From contig JBNJGY010000026.1 of assembly GCA_051748045.1 (NCBI GenBank), forward strand, positions 1 to 26,635: a DNA stretch of 26,635 nt, read 5' to 3'. This document shows, in pieces, positions 7,874 through 17,186 of the stretch. The translations under genes and the position numbers were made by a program. The stretch comes from Thermotogota bacterium. Lineage in GTDB: Bacteria; Thermotogota; Thermotogae; Petrotogales; Petrotogaceae. A model generated the notes under the pieces. It was given only the letters and a program-made list of their open reading frames with translations, was not told the origin of the DNA and made no database searches. Every line of letters begins with the position of its first letter. The first letter of the stretch is position 1.

Positions 7874-9055
7874 ATGGAAATAAATGAAATTAAAGAACTA
7901 CTATCTAAAAACATTGATAATAATAAAGAAAAGATTTTCAAAGTTTCAGAATTTCTTAAAGAAAATCCAGAAATAGGTTTTGAAGAATACAAAGCCAATG
8001 AATTTTTGACAAATGAACTGAAGAGCTTAGGATTCAACATTACAAAACCAACTGATAAATTACCTACTTCTTTTATAGGTAAATTACCAGGAAAAGTTAA
8101 AGATAAAAAAATTGCAATATTATTTGAATATGATGCATTACCTGGTATAGGTCACGGGTGTGGCCATAATATGATCTCAGCAATTAGTTATGGTGCTTGC
8201 TTAGGTTTATCCGAATTAAATGATTTACCTGGAGAAATATACGCTGTTGGTTGTCCGGGTGAAGAAAATGGTGGAGGTAAAGTCATTCTAGCTAATGAAG
8301 GAATATTCGATGAATTTGATGCAGCAATGATGATTCACCCAGCTACAGAAAATAAAGTTTACTCAACTTCTTTAGCATTGGATGCGATTAAATTTGTTTT
8401 CAAAGGACAAACTGCTCATGCATCATCCTCTCCAGAAAAAGGAATAAATGCATTGGATGCTGTAATACATTTTTTTAATGGAATAAACTACTTACGTCAA
8501 TATGTCAAAGATGGAACGAGAATCCACGGAATAATATCAAAAGGTGGAGAAGCACCAAATGTTATACCTGATTATGCAGAAGCAAAGTTCTATTTTAGAG
8601 CTAAGAGTAGAGAGTATTTAAATGAAGTGGTAGATAAGGCTATTAAAATAGCAGAGGGTGCTACTAAAATGACTGGCGCATCATTAGAATGGGACTATTA
8701 TGAACTTTCTAATGACGATTTGAAACCATCTAAACCTTTAGCTAATGTCTTTAGGAATAATTACGAAAAATTAGGGATTAATGATATTGAACCTGATACA
8801 GAAGGTGGAGGATCAACAGATGTTGGAAATGTTAGCCATAGAATTCCAGCAGTTCACCCGTATATAGCTATCGCAACCAAACATTCATTAACAGGTCATA
8901 CAATTGAATTTAGAGACGCAACTGTTTCTAAAGAAGGGAAAAAGGCTACTCTTGAAGCTGCTAAAGCAATTGCCTTTTCTGTAATTGATTTATTATTTAA
9001 TCCAAGTATTTTAAAATCAATCAAGGAAGAATATATTAATAATAAAGAGATTTAG
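7874..9055 (+). CDS. M20D amidohydrolase (ACY1L2/PM20D2/AbgB-like)
   Basis: PEIGFEE, EYDALPGIGHGCGHN, PGEE, GSTDVGNVS, HT; start placed at ATG 7874 after GAGGTG SD rather than 7829. Confidence 0.9.
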   Translation: MEINEIKELLSKNIDNNKEKIFKVSEFLKENPEIGFEEYKANEFLTNELKSLGFNITKPTDKLPTSFIGKLPGKVKDKKIAILFEYDALPGIGHGCGHNMISAISYGACLGLSELNDLPGEIYAVGCPGEENGGGKVILANEGIFDEFDAAMMIHPATENKVYSTSLALDAIKFVFKGQTAHASSSPEKGINALDAVIHFFNGINYLRQYVKDGTRIHGIISKGGEAPNVIPDYAEAKFYFRAKSREYLNEVVDKAIKIAEGATKMTGASLEWDYYELSNDDLKPSKPLANVFRNNYEKLGINDIEPDTEGGGSTDVGNVSHRIPAVHPYIAIATKHSLTGHTIEFRDATVSKEGKKATLEAAKAIAFSVIDLLFNPSILKSIKEEYINNKEI

Positions 9056-9059
9056 CTTG

Positions 9060-9821
9060 CTAAATCTCTTTATTATAATAAATTTGATTTTCTAATAATT
9101 GTTCTTTAGGAACTTCTCCAAAAATTTTTGCTGGTGCTCCTAAATAAATTTTTCCTTTTTCTGTATTTTTTGTTACTACAGATCCAGCTGCAATTAGACT
9201 ATCTTCTTCAATAATTATACCTGGTAATAAAGTTGAGTTAGCACCCACCCTACACCCTTTTTTTAATAAAGGTCCTTTAAAATATTTTTTTCTATTCTCA
9301 GTTCTTCCTAAAAAGTTATCATTTGTAAAAGTTACTTCAGGTGCAATAAAACAATAATCTTCTATTTCTGATAAAGCGGTAATATATGCTTCTGTCTCAA
9401 TTTTTACAAAATTACCTATATTTGTTTTATTTTCTATAGTAACTCCTTTACCAATTATTGTCTTTCTGCCTACTTTAACATCTTCTCTAACACTTGCTAG
9501 ATCTGCAATAAAAACTTCATTAGATAATACCGCACCTCTATATATAACAGTTAGAGCTCCTATCGTGACTAAATTTTTTATTTCCAAGGGAGCCAAGTCA
9601 TTATTTTCAGTTACTGCTGAATTGGATGCTTTAAAAGGTTCTTTCCCTAAAACAACATTATCCGAAACAATACAATTATCACCTATTTTTGTATCTTTTT
9701 TGATAACTACATTATGACCTATTGATACATTATTTCCAATTTTTACGTTATCTTCAATTATTAAATTTTCTCCATGAGAAAAATATTCTCCTATAATAGC
9801 ATTTTCTGAGATATAATTCAT
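9060..9821 (-). CDS. Hexapeptide-repeat (LbH) N-acetyltransferase, WbpD/WlbB-like
   Basis: Repeated [IV]G-x-x-x-x hexapeptides; FIAPEVTFTND; VGANSTLLPG...IAAGSVVTKN...GAPAK. Confidence 0.82.
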   Translation of the reverse strand: MNYISENAIIGEYFSHGENLIIEDNVKIGNNVSIGHNVVIKKDTKIGDNCIVSDNVVLGKEPFKASNSAVTENNDLAPLEIKNLVTIGALTVIYRGAVLSNEVFIADLASVREDVKVGRKTIIGKGVTIENKTNIGNFVKIETEAYITALSEIEDYCFIAPEVTFTNDNFLGRTENRKKYFKGPLLKKGCRVGANSTLLPGIIIEEDSLIAAGSVVTKNTEKGKIYLGAPAKIFGEVPKEQLLENQIYYNKEI

Positions 9822-9830
9822 TATTACCTC

Positions 9831-10802
9831 CTAATTCCATATTTCCGGTTCTACTTCTAAATCAGTATTATATTTTTCTTTTACTATTTTTTTTACCTCA
9901 AGAATTAAGTCCATGACTTCTTTAAAAGAAGCGTTGCCTTTATTAACTATAAATCCTCCATGTTTTTCAGAAATCATAGCATCTCCCAATGAAAATCCTT
10001 TTAATCCAAGTTTTTCAATTGTTGTACCAACATAAAAATCATTTCTTGGTCTTTTAAAAATACTTCCTGCAGAAGGCATATCAAGAGGTTGTTTATTCCA
10101 TCTCTTATTAGATAATTCTCTTATTTTATTTAAAATCTCATCTTTGCTTTTTTTCTCTAATTTGAAAATAACTGAAAGTACAATAAAATTTTTATCTTGT
10201 ATAATACTATGTCTATAAGAAAAATCTAAGTTTTCATTGGATAGTATTTCAACTCTATCATTTTTTTCATCGTATATTTCTACACTCTTTACTACATCTT
10301 TTATCTCACCTTCATAAGCTCCTGCATTCATAAAAATAGCTCCACCTACAGTTCCAGGAATCCCCGAAGCAAATTCCAAACCAGACAATTTCTCTTCTGA
10401 AGCCCAATTAGAAACCCTTGAGATAGGTACACCTGTTTCAGCATATATTTCTTCATCTTTAAACCCGATATCCATCAATTCTGTATTTTCCATTAAAAGA
10501 TATTTTATTATATCTTCATTTCTTAATGAAATATTAGACAGATTTTTTGTGGATATTACAACGAAATCTAACTTTTCATCTTTTACTATTAAATTTGCCC
10601 CTCCACCGATTACTCGATATTCAATATTTTTTTCTTTTAATGTTCTCAAAGTATAAATAAAAGAGCTTTTTGTTCTTGGAAAAAACATATAAGGTGTTTC
10701 ACCACCAATTCTAAAATTAGTGTGATTTTTCATTGGTTCATCTTTTTTAATATCACATCCATTGGCATATAACTCTTTTAAAATATTTTCGTCTATTATC
10801 AT
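9831..10802 (-). CDS. murB: UDP-N-acetylenolpyruvoylglucosamine reductase
   Basis: HTNFRIGG, GGGANL, GLEFASGIPGTVGGAIFMNAGAY, FSYRHS, QP...PSAGSIFKRP, LEVE. Confidence 0.96.
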   Translation of the reverse strand: MIIDENILKELYANGCDIKKDEPMKNHTNFRIGGETPYMFFPRTKSSFIYTLRTLKEKNIEYRVIGGGANLIVKDEKLDFVVISTKNLSNISLRNEDIIKYLLMENTELMDIGFKDEEIYAETGVPISRVSNWASEEKLSGLEFASGIPGTVGGAIFMNAGAYEGEIKDVVKSVEIYDEKNDRVEILSNENLDFSYRHSIIQDKNFIVLSVIFKLEKKSKDEILNKIRELSNKRWNKQPLDMPSAGSIFKRPRNDFYVGTTIEKLGLKGFSLGDAMISEKHGGFIVNKGNASFKEVMDLILEVKKIVKEKYNTDLEVEPEIWN

Positions 10803-10844
10803 TGAAAAATCTCCTTTTTTGATTTCATTTATATAATAACATAT

Positions 10845-11555
10845 TTATTCAATGGAATTCCATATAATAATCCCTGTAAATACTGCTATAAATCCAAATA
10901 AAATTTCTCTTCCATAGCTTTTTTGTTTCCTATCTACAGTAATATTTTGATTTTTTTTGTATACACCTTTATCGTTATATATCTGAATATTAAGTTTATA
11001 ATCACCATTTGGAATAGATTCAAAATTAAAATACAATTTATTATCTCCTGGGTATATTTCTTTATAATAATTTTCACCACTTATAGAAACTTCCATTTTT
11101 GCATATGTATTTGAGTTTAATTCTATTTTCAACTTATCGTTAACCCAATCTCCATTTGGTGATACTAAATCTGTATAATCTTCTATTTTTATTTTTGGTT
11201 CTAAATGAATATTCTTAACTAAAGAGATATCATTCAAACCTTTTTCTGCTTGATAATAAAAAGAGTTGTTATTATATGATATTTTTATTCTACCTGGTTT
11301 AACCACAATTCTCTGCTCATCTGAATATAATAAAAAATTCTGATCATTTATCTTTATATTTATGGGATAAATATTTGATCTAATTTTTAAAAAAGACCAA
11401 TCTTCTTCTGAATAATAATAATTTAAATTTCCTTTTATTCCTGTTTCAACCTTGTTCCCAAAAATAATATAAAAACTAAAAGAAGAAGTTGTTTCCGCAA
11501 ATGAGAAGGATAGCAAAATTAAAATAAACCCTAAAATGAACGGAATTTTTTTCAT
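10845..11555 (-). CDS. Hypothetical exported, C-terminally membrane-anchored beta-rich protein with SPNGD-type Ig-like motif
   Basis: Signal peptide MKKIPFILGFILILLSFSFA; VSPNGDWVND; NGDYKL; C-terminal TM; GAGGTG SD. Confidence 0.75.
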   Translation of the reverse strand: MKKIPFILGFILILLSFSFAETTSSFSFYIIFGNKVETGIKGNLNYYYSEEDWSFLKIRSNIYPINIKINDQNFLLYSDEQRIVVKPGRIKISYNNNSFYYQAEKGLNDISLVKNIHLEPKIKIEDYTDLVSPNGDWVNDKLKIELNSNTYAKMEVSISGENYYKEIYPGDNKLYFNFESIPNGDYKLNIQIYNDKGVYKKNQNITVDRKQKSYGREILFGFIAVFTGIIIWNSIE

Positions 11556-11656
11556 AAAAAATCACCTCAATATAATTATAACTCTAAAATTATTTTTTTA
11601 TTATAAATAATTATTAAAATCATGGAATTGGGTGTTTATTTATGATAAAATAATAA

Positions 11657-12307
<651 letters not shown>

Positions 12308-12333
12308 GAGGATGCTTATGCATCCTCATTTTT
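12308..12333 (+). terminator. Hairpin after upp (weak terminator or stability element)
   Basis: GAGGATGC-ttat-GCATCCTC then A-T5. Confidence 0.55.
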
Positions 12334-12348
12334 AAAGGATGATTTTAA

Positions 12349-13833
12349 ATGTCACAATTATTCAAACATTCTTTTTTATTTGCAATAGCAACTTTGCTTA
12401 GTAGGGTGTTAGGGCTTTTTAGAGATGCTACATTTGCCCATTACTTTGGTAGAAGTTCTGAATACGATGCTTATTTAATCGCAATTCTTTTACCTTTTTT
12501 CTTAAGAAGAATTTTCGCAGAAGGTGCTCTTTCTTCTTCTTTTATACCATTATTTTCAAGAAAAAAACCAGAAGAAGCACAAAATTTTCTTAGCACAACA
12601 TTTTGGCTTACATTATTTGTAACTATATTAATTTATATACCAGTTTTTTTCTTTTCTGATGGTTTTGCTTTTGTTTTAGGATCTGGAATGGCAGAAGAAA
12701 CAATATCTCTAACGGGATATCTGATGAAAATAACTTATCCTTTCATTATATTTATTTCTTTATGGGCTATTATTTCTGGTGTATTAAATACGAAGGATAT
12801 ATATTTTGTTCCAGCATTAGCTCCAGCCTTAACAAATATATCTACTATTGTTTTTACTTTCATATCATTCCTTTTTTTACCACAAATACTTGGACCCACT
12901 ATTGGGTTTACAGTAGGTGGAGTTGCTCAATTTTTATTTGTCTTTTTCTTTTTAAGAAAAACAGGGTTTAAAATACATTTTTATTTCAACGTAAAACATG
13001 TAAAACAAATAATGTCTTTATTTGGGCCAGCTTTATTAGGTGTAGCAGTTTCAACTTTTAATACATTAATAGATACAAATATTGCAACATGGACAGGGAC
13101 GGGTGGAGTTTCAACTATTCAGTATGCCTTGAGATTATATCAGTTACCTCTAGGTATTTTTGCTGTAAGTGTTGCTAATGCACTACTTCCAAAATTATCT
13201 AAAGCAATTGAAAAAAGAGATAAAAAAGAATATGATAATTTTTTAAAAGAAAGTATTCACCTAATTCTATTCTTTTCTTTACCTTCAATGGCTGGATTAA
13301 TTTTTCTTAATAATGAAATCATAGCTTTGATTTACCAACATGGTAATTTTACTGCTCAAGATACTTTAATTACAGCAAGTACACTAGCTTTTTATTCATT
13401 TGGTTTACCTTTTTATTCTTTACATGGAATTTTTGTAAGAACTTTTCATTCTGATTTGAATACCAAGTTTCCTACTTTCGTTTCCATAGTTATGCTTGCT
13501 TCAAACGCTATATTAGATGTTTTGCTGGTAAGATCTTACGGAATAGAAGGTATAGCTATGGCTACAGCTATATCTGGCTTTGTAGGGATGGTTATGTCTG
13601 GATATATTGCGTTTAAATCTCTAGACCCAAAAGATTTATTAGAGATAATAAAAGTTATGAGTTCTACTTTTATGATGATTATTTACATTCTTTTGACCAA
13701 AAATCTCTCAGAAGGAAGACTTTTTACAATTTTTCTTGTAGCTAGTAGTATTTTGATTTATTTTTTATCTGCCTATGTGACAAAAATAAAATATATAAAT
13801 AAAGCTTTAAGAATTATTAAAATAAGGAAGTAA
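12349..13833 (+). CDS. murJ: Lipid II flippase MurJ (MviN)
   Basis: SRVLGLFRD, RRIFAEGALSSSFIP, YALRLYQLPLGIF, G.F...DT; many TM segments. Confidence 0.94.
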   Translation: MSQLFKHSFLFAIATLLSRVLGLFRDATFAHYFGRSSEYDAYLIAILLPFFLRRIFAEGALSSSFIPLFSRKKPEEAQNFLSTTFWLTLFVTILIYIPVFFFSDGFAFVLGSGMAEETISLTGYLMKITYPFIIFISLWAIISGVLNTKDIYFVPALAPALTNISTIVFTFISFLFLPQILGPTIGFTVGGVAQFLFVFFFLRKTGFKIHFYFNVKHVKQIMSLFGPALLGVAVSTFNTLIDTNIATWTGTGGVSTIQYALRLYQLPLGIFAVSVANALLPKLSKAIEKRDKKEYDNFLKESIHLILFFSLPSMAGLIFLNNEIIALIYQHGNFTAQDTLITASTLAFYSFGLPFYSLHGIFVRTFHSDLNTKFPTFVSIVMLASNAILDVLLVRSYGIEGIAMATAISGFVGMVMSGYIAFKSLDPKDLLEIIKVMSSTFMMIIYILLTKNLSEGRLFTIFLVASSILIYFLSAYVTKIKYINKALRIIKIRK

Positions 13834-13842
13834 AATACTTCC

Positions 13843-14013
13843 TTATTTTTTCAATTCTTTGATAATTATTTCTTCTAACAAATCTCTTTTGATTTTATCT
13901 TTAGATTGTAATGTTTTCAAAACAGCTTTAATAACAACAAATCTTGGATATGTCTCCATCAATATTCTTACTGGGTCATCTCTGTTTACTCTGTTTTTCA
14001 TTTTGATATTCAA
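13843..14013 (-). CDS. Small hypothetical protein (~56 aa)
   Basis: TTG at 14013 preceded by GGGGG SD; amphipathic helical sequence; fills the gap between murJ and the tRNA promoter. Confidence 0.55.
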   Translation of the reverse strand: MNIKMKNRVNRDDPVRILMETYPRFVVIKAVLKTLQSKDKIKRDLLEEIIIKELKK

Positions 14014-14083
14014 AATAAACACCCCCACTTTTTTTCAGTTTTATAAACATTTTATTATATTTCTATTTTGCTCAGAAAAATAG

Positions 14084-14112
14084 TTGACAATAGTTATAAG
14101 CCGTGTTATAAT
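14084..14112 (+). promoter_or_regulatory. sigmaA promoter of tRNA
   Basis: TTGACA-17 nt-TATAAT with TG extension, 13 nt before the tRNA. Confidence 0.9.
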
Positions 14113-14125
14113 TATTTACGGATTT

Positions 14126-14203
14126 GGGCTCGTAGCTCAGTTTGGTCAGAGCCCTCGGCTCATAACCGAGTGGTCGGTGGTTCGAGTCCACCCGAGCCCA
14201 CCA
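14126..14203 (+). tRNA. tRNA with CAT anticodon, most likely tRNA-Ile2 (lysidine)
   Basis: Acceptor GGGCTCG/CGAGCCC, A73, encoded CCA; anticodon arm CTCGG-CTCATAA-CCGAG; TTCGAGT T-loop; G1-C72 paired so not an initiator tRNA. Confidence 0.93.
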
Positions 14204-14204
14204 T

Positions 14205-14237
14205 AAAAATACCAGGATTTTCCTGGTATTTTTTTTT
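14205..14237 (+). terminator. tRNA terminator
   Basis: AAAAATACCAGGA-ttt-TCCTGGTATTTTT plus further Ts. Confidence 0.85.
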
Positions 14238-14335
14238 ATTTCAAATATAATTGTATAACCAATTGATTCATTTGTCAAATTTATTTAACAATTATTAACA
14301 TTTAGGTTTTTTATAATATATTGTATGAAAAAATA

Positions 14336-14365
14336 AAAAAATCGACTCTGAATTTCAGAGTCGAT
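14336..14365 (-). terminator. rpmB terminator
   Basis: ATCGACTCTG-aattt-CAGAGTCGAT perfect stem followed by a T tract on the minus strand. Confidence 0.85.
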
Positions 14366-14371
14366 AATTTT

Positions 14372-14563
14372 TTATGCTCTTTTAAATTTTAATGCTTTTA
14401 AAAAAGAAATAAAAACAATAATTATTTTTAAAGATCCATCATCTAAAATTGCTTTAACTTTATGTACGTTAGGTTTCCACCATCTTCTTGTTGTCTTTTT
14501 TGAGTGAGCAACACTGTTACCAGCAACAGGCTCTTTTCCGCATACAGCACATCTTTTAGCCAT
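14372..14563 (-). CDS. rpmB: 50S ribosomal protein L28 (C-terminus aberrant, see findings)
   Basis: MAKRCAVCGK.P..GNSVAHS...TRRWWKPNVHKV; ATG 14563 after GGAGGAGG SD. Confidence 0.93.
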   Translation of the reverse strand: MAKRCAVCGKEPVAGNSVAHSKKTTRRWWKPNVHKVKAILDDGSLKIIIVFISFLKALKFKRA

Positions 14564-14682
14564 ATCAGTTCCTCCTCCCGTTTTATAAAAAATAATATTG
14601 TTATTTTCTAAACCTTCTCTATTATACAATAACATTTTAGGTGCTTAATATTTTTTTACTTTAAATTCAATTAAACTTAATA

Positions 14683-16194
14683 TTACTCTTCTTTTTGCTC
14701 TTCATCGACCATTTTTTCTTCTTCTTCAAATTTCATTGGTTTTGAAAGAGGAAAAGCTATGATATCTTTAATAGTTTGTGTATTTGTTAAAAACATACAA
14801 AATCTATCTATTCCTATTCCTAATCCGCCTGTAGGAGGCATACCATATTCTAGAGCCCTTAAAAAGTCCATGTCCATTAATTGTGCTTCATCATCACCAA
14901 GATCCTTTAAGTCAGATTGTGCTTTAAACCTTGACAGTTGATCTTCTGCATCATTTAATTCACTAAATGCGTTTGCAAGCTCAGATCCTTTTACTATTAA
15001 TTCAAATCTTTCTGTTAATCTAGGATCTTCTCTATGTCTTTTTGCAAGTGGAGATATTTCAACTGGATGATTTATAACAAATGTTGGTTGAATTATTTTA
15101 TCCTCAACAAGATCCCATAATTCCTCAATATATTTTCCCTTTTCTTTTATTTCTACATTAATATCATATTTCTTCAAAAATTCATCCATTGTATCTATTG
15201 AATCTTCTAATATATCTATACCTAAATTCTCTTTTATAAAATCTCTCATATCTATTCTTTCAAAAGGTGGCTTGAAATCAATATCTGTGTCACCATATGT
15301 AACTTTTGTTGTTCCATGAATCTTTTCTGTTATATAAGCTAAAACATTTTCTGTTAATCTCATTATATCATTATAATCCGCATAAGCTTGATATAATTCT
15401 ATTGTAGTAAATTCTGGATTGTGTTTATAATCTATACCTTCATTTCTAAAAATCCTTCCTATTTCATAAACCTTTTCCATTCCACCTACAACTAATCTCT
15501 TTAAGTGTAATTCAGTAGCTATTCTCAAGTACATTGGTTGGTCAAATACATTTAATTGAGTTATAAATGGTCTTGCATTAGCTCCACCCATAATGTTTTC
15601 TAAAATAGGTGTTTCTACTTCGTAAAATCCTTGTTCTGTTAAGTATTCTCTCATATATCTTATAGCCAACGATCTTGTCTTGAAAACCTCTATAACATTA
15701 TCATTAGAAATCATATCTACATATCTTTGTCTATACCTTATTTCTTTGTCTTTTAACCCGTGCCATTTTTCTGGCATTTGTCTAATAGTCTTGGTTAAAA
15801 GCTGTATCTCTAATGCTAGTATGGTTAGTTCTCCAGTTCTTGTTTTAAAAGGAAAGCCTTTTATACCGACCCAATCACCATTCCCTATATATTTCTTGAA
15901 AATCTCATAGGCTTCTTCTCCTATTTTATCTTTCCTTATATAGGCTTGTATTCTCCCTGTATCGTCTTTTATATGCATAAAAGCAGATTTCCCATGAGTT
16001 CTCATTGTCATTATTCTTCCAGCAAATGAAAAAACCTCATCTTCTAATAATTGACCTGGTTCTATTTTATCTGAATATTTATTTTTAATCTCTTCAGCTT
16101 TATAGTCTTTGTCAAATTTATAAGGATAAGGATTTATCCCTTGTTCTTTTAATTCTTTTATCATTTGTAGCCTTTGTCTTTTTACTTCGCTCAC
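14683..16194 (-). CDS. lysS: Lysine-tRNA ligase (class II)
   Basis: OB-fold N-terminus, RYRQRYVD, GGANARPF, FRNEGID..HNPEFT, YGMPPTGGLGIGIDR. Confidence 0.98.
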   Translation of the reverse strand: MSEVKRQRLQMIKELKEQGINPYPYKFDKDYKAEEIKNKYSDKIEPGQLLEDEVFSFAGRIMTMRTHGKSAFMHIKDDTGRIQAYIRKDKIGEEAYEIFKKYIGNGDWVGIKGFPFKTRTGELTILALEIQLLTKTIRQMPEKWHGLKDKEIRYRQRYVDMISNDNVIEVFKTRSLAIRYMREYLTEQGFYEVETPILENIMGGANARPFITQLNVFDQPMYLRIATELHLKRLVVGGMEKVYEIGRIFRNEGIDYKHNPEFTTIELYQAYADYNDIMRLTENVLAYITEKIHGTTKVTYGDTDIDFKPPFERIDMRDFIKENLGIDILEDSIDTMDEFLKKYDINVEIKEKGKYIEELWDLVEDKIIQPTFVINHPVEISPLAKRHREDPRLTERFELIVKGSELANAFSELNDAEDQLSRFKAQSDLKDLGDDEAQLMDMDFLRALEYGMPPTGGLGIGIDRFCMFLTNTQTIKDIIAFPLSKPMKFEEEEKMVDEEQKEE

Positions 16195-16222
16195 TAGTAC
16201 ACCTCCGTTTGATGCTTTTTAT

Positions 16223-16699
16223 CTATGATACTATATCTTTTATTTCTATTTTTTTGGTTGATCCTTTTGCTGTTTTTATCGTTACTTTTTCACCTATTTT
16301 TCTTCCTAGTATGGCACTACCTATAGCTGAATCTGAAGAAAGCTTTTTATCTTTCAAGTCTGCCTCTTGTGGAGTAACTAACATAAACTCTGTTTCTTTT
16401 TTTAATTTAAAATCATATATTTTTACAACTTTTCCTAACCTTACCTCTGAATTATCTGATAAATCTTCTATAATATCTGCATGATCAAGTATGTATTCTA
16501 TTTCTTTTATTCTTGAATCTATTCTACCTTGTTCATTTTTTGCTTCTTCATATTCAGAGTTTTCAGAAAGATCTCCAAGTTCCCGTGCCTCTTTAATTCT
16601 ATCGGCAATTTCACCCATTAATTTTTTCTTTAATTCATCTCTTTCTTTCTTTAAACGTTCATATCCTTCTTTGGTTAATTGATAATTTTCTTCAACCAT
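16223..16699 (-). CDS. greA: Transcription elongation factor GreA
   Basis: [35 protein letters not shown]. Confidence 0.97.
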   Translation of the reverse strand: MVEENYQLTKEGYERLKKERDELKKKLMGEIADRIKEARELGDLSENSEYEEAKNEQGRIDSRIKEIEYILDHADIIEDLSDNSEVRLGKVVKIYDFKLKKETEFMLVTPQEADLKDKKLSSDSAIGSAILGRKIGEKVTIKTAKGSTKKIEIKDIVS

Positions 16700-16716
16700 T
16701 TATAATACCTCCCGAT

Positions 16717-17172
16717 CTATCTATTATTTTTTAATTCTTTTATAGCATCAAGAAAGCTATCCACATCTCTAAATTCTTTGTATACTGAAGCAAATCTAAC
16801 ATAAGAAACATGATCAATTTCTTTCAATCTATTCATTATCTTATCACCAATTTCAGTTGAAGAAATTTCTGCTTTCCCAGATCTTCTTAATTCATCTTCA
16901 ATTCCTTCTACAATTTCTTCTATTTGTTCAGAAGTTACTGATCTCTTTTCACAAGCTTTTAATAAGCCATCTTTTATTTTTTCTCTATCGAAAAGTTCTC
17001 TTTTACCTTCTTTTTTTACAACTCTTATTCTGTTTTCTTCAAATCTTTCATATGTGGTAAACCTACTATCACAATTAAGACATTCTCTTCTTCTCCTAAC
17101 AGAATTTCCGTTACCAGCAGGTCTAGAATCTAATACTTTTGTTTCTTGATTTCCACAAAAAGGACATTTCAT
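16717..17172 (-). CDS. nrdR: Transcriptional repressor NrdR
   Basis: MKCPFC...VLDSR...RRRREC..C..RFTTYE, ATP-cone, YVRFASVY; start at ATG 17172. Confidence 0.97.
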   Translation of the reverse strand: MKCPFCGNQETKVLDSRPAGNGNSVRRRRECLNCDSRFTTYERFEENRIRVVKKEGKRELFDREKIKDGLLKACEKRSVTSEQIEEIVEGIEDELRRSGKAEISSTEIGDKIMNRLKEIDHVSYVRFASVYKEFRDVDSFLDAIKELKNNR

Positions 17173-17186
17173 TGAAATCACCCACC

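Noticed and set aside
14068-14278. ORFs 14068..14250(+) and 14072..14278(-)
   Set aside because: Shadows of the tRNA gene, its promoter and its terminator
14204-14340. tRNA-anchored genomic island (also considered at tRNA-Arg)
   Set aside because: No integrase and no duplicated tRNA 3' end seen; flanking genes are housekeeping
14564-14635. N-terminal extension of L28 in the ORF track
   Set aside because: A strong GGAGGAGG SD precedes ATG 14563, and the family starts at MAKRC
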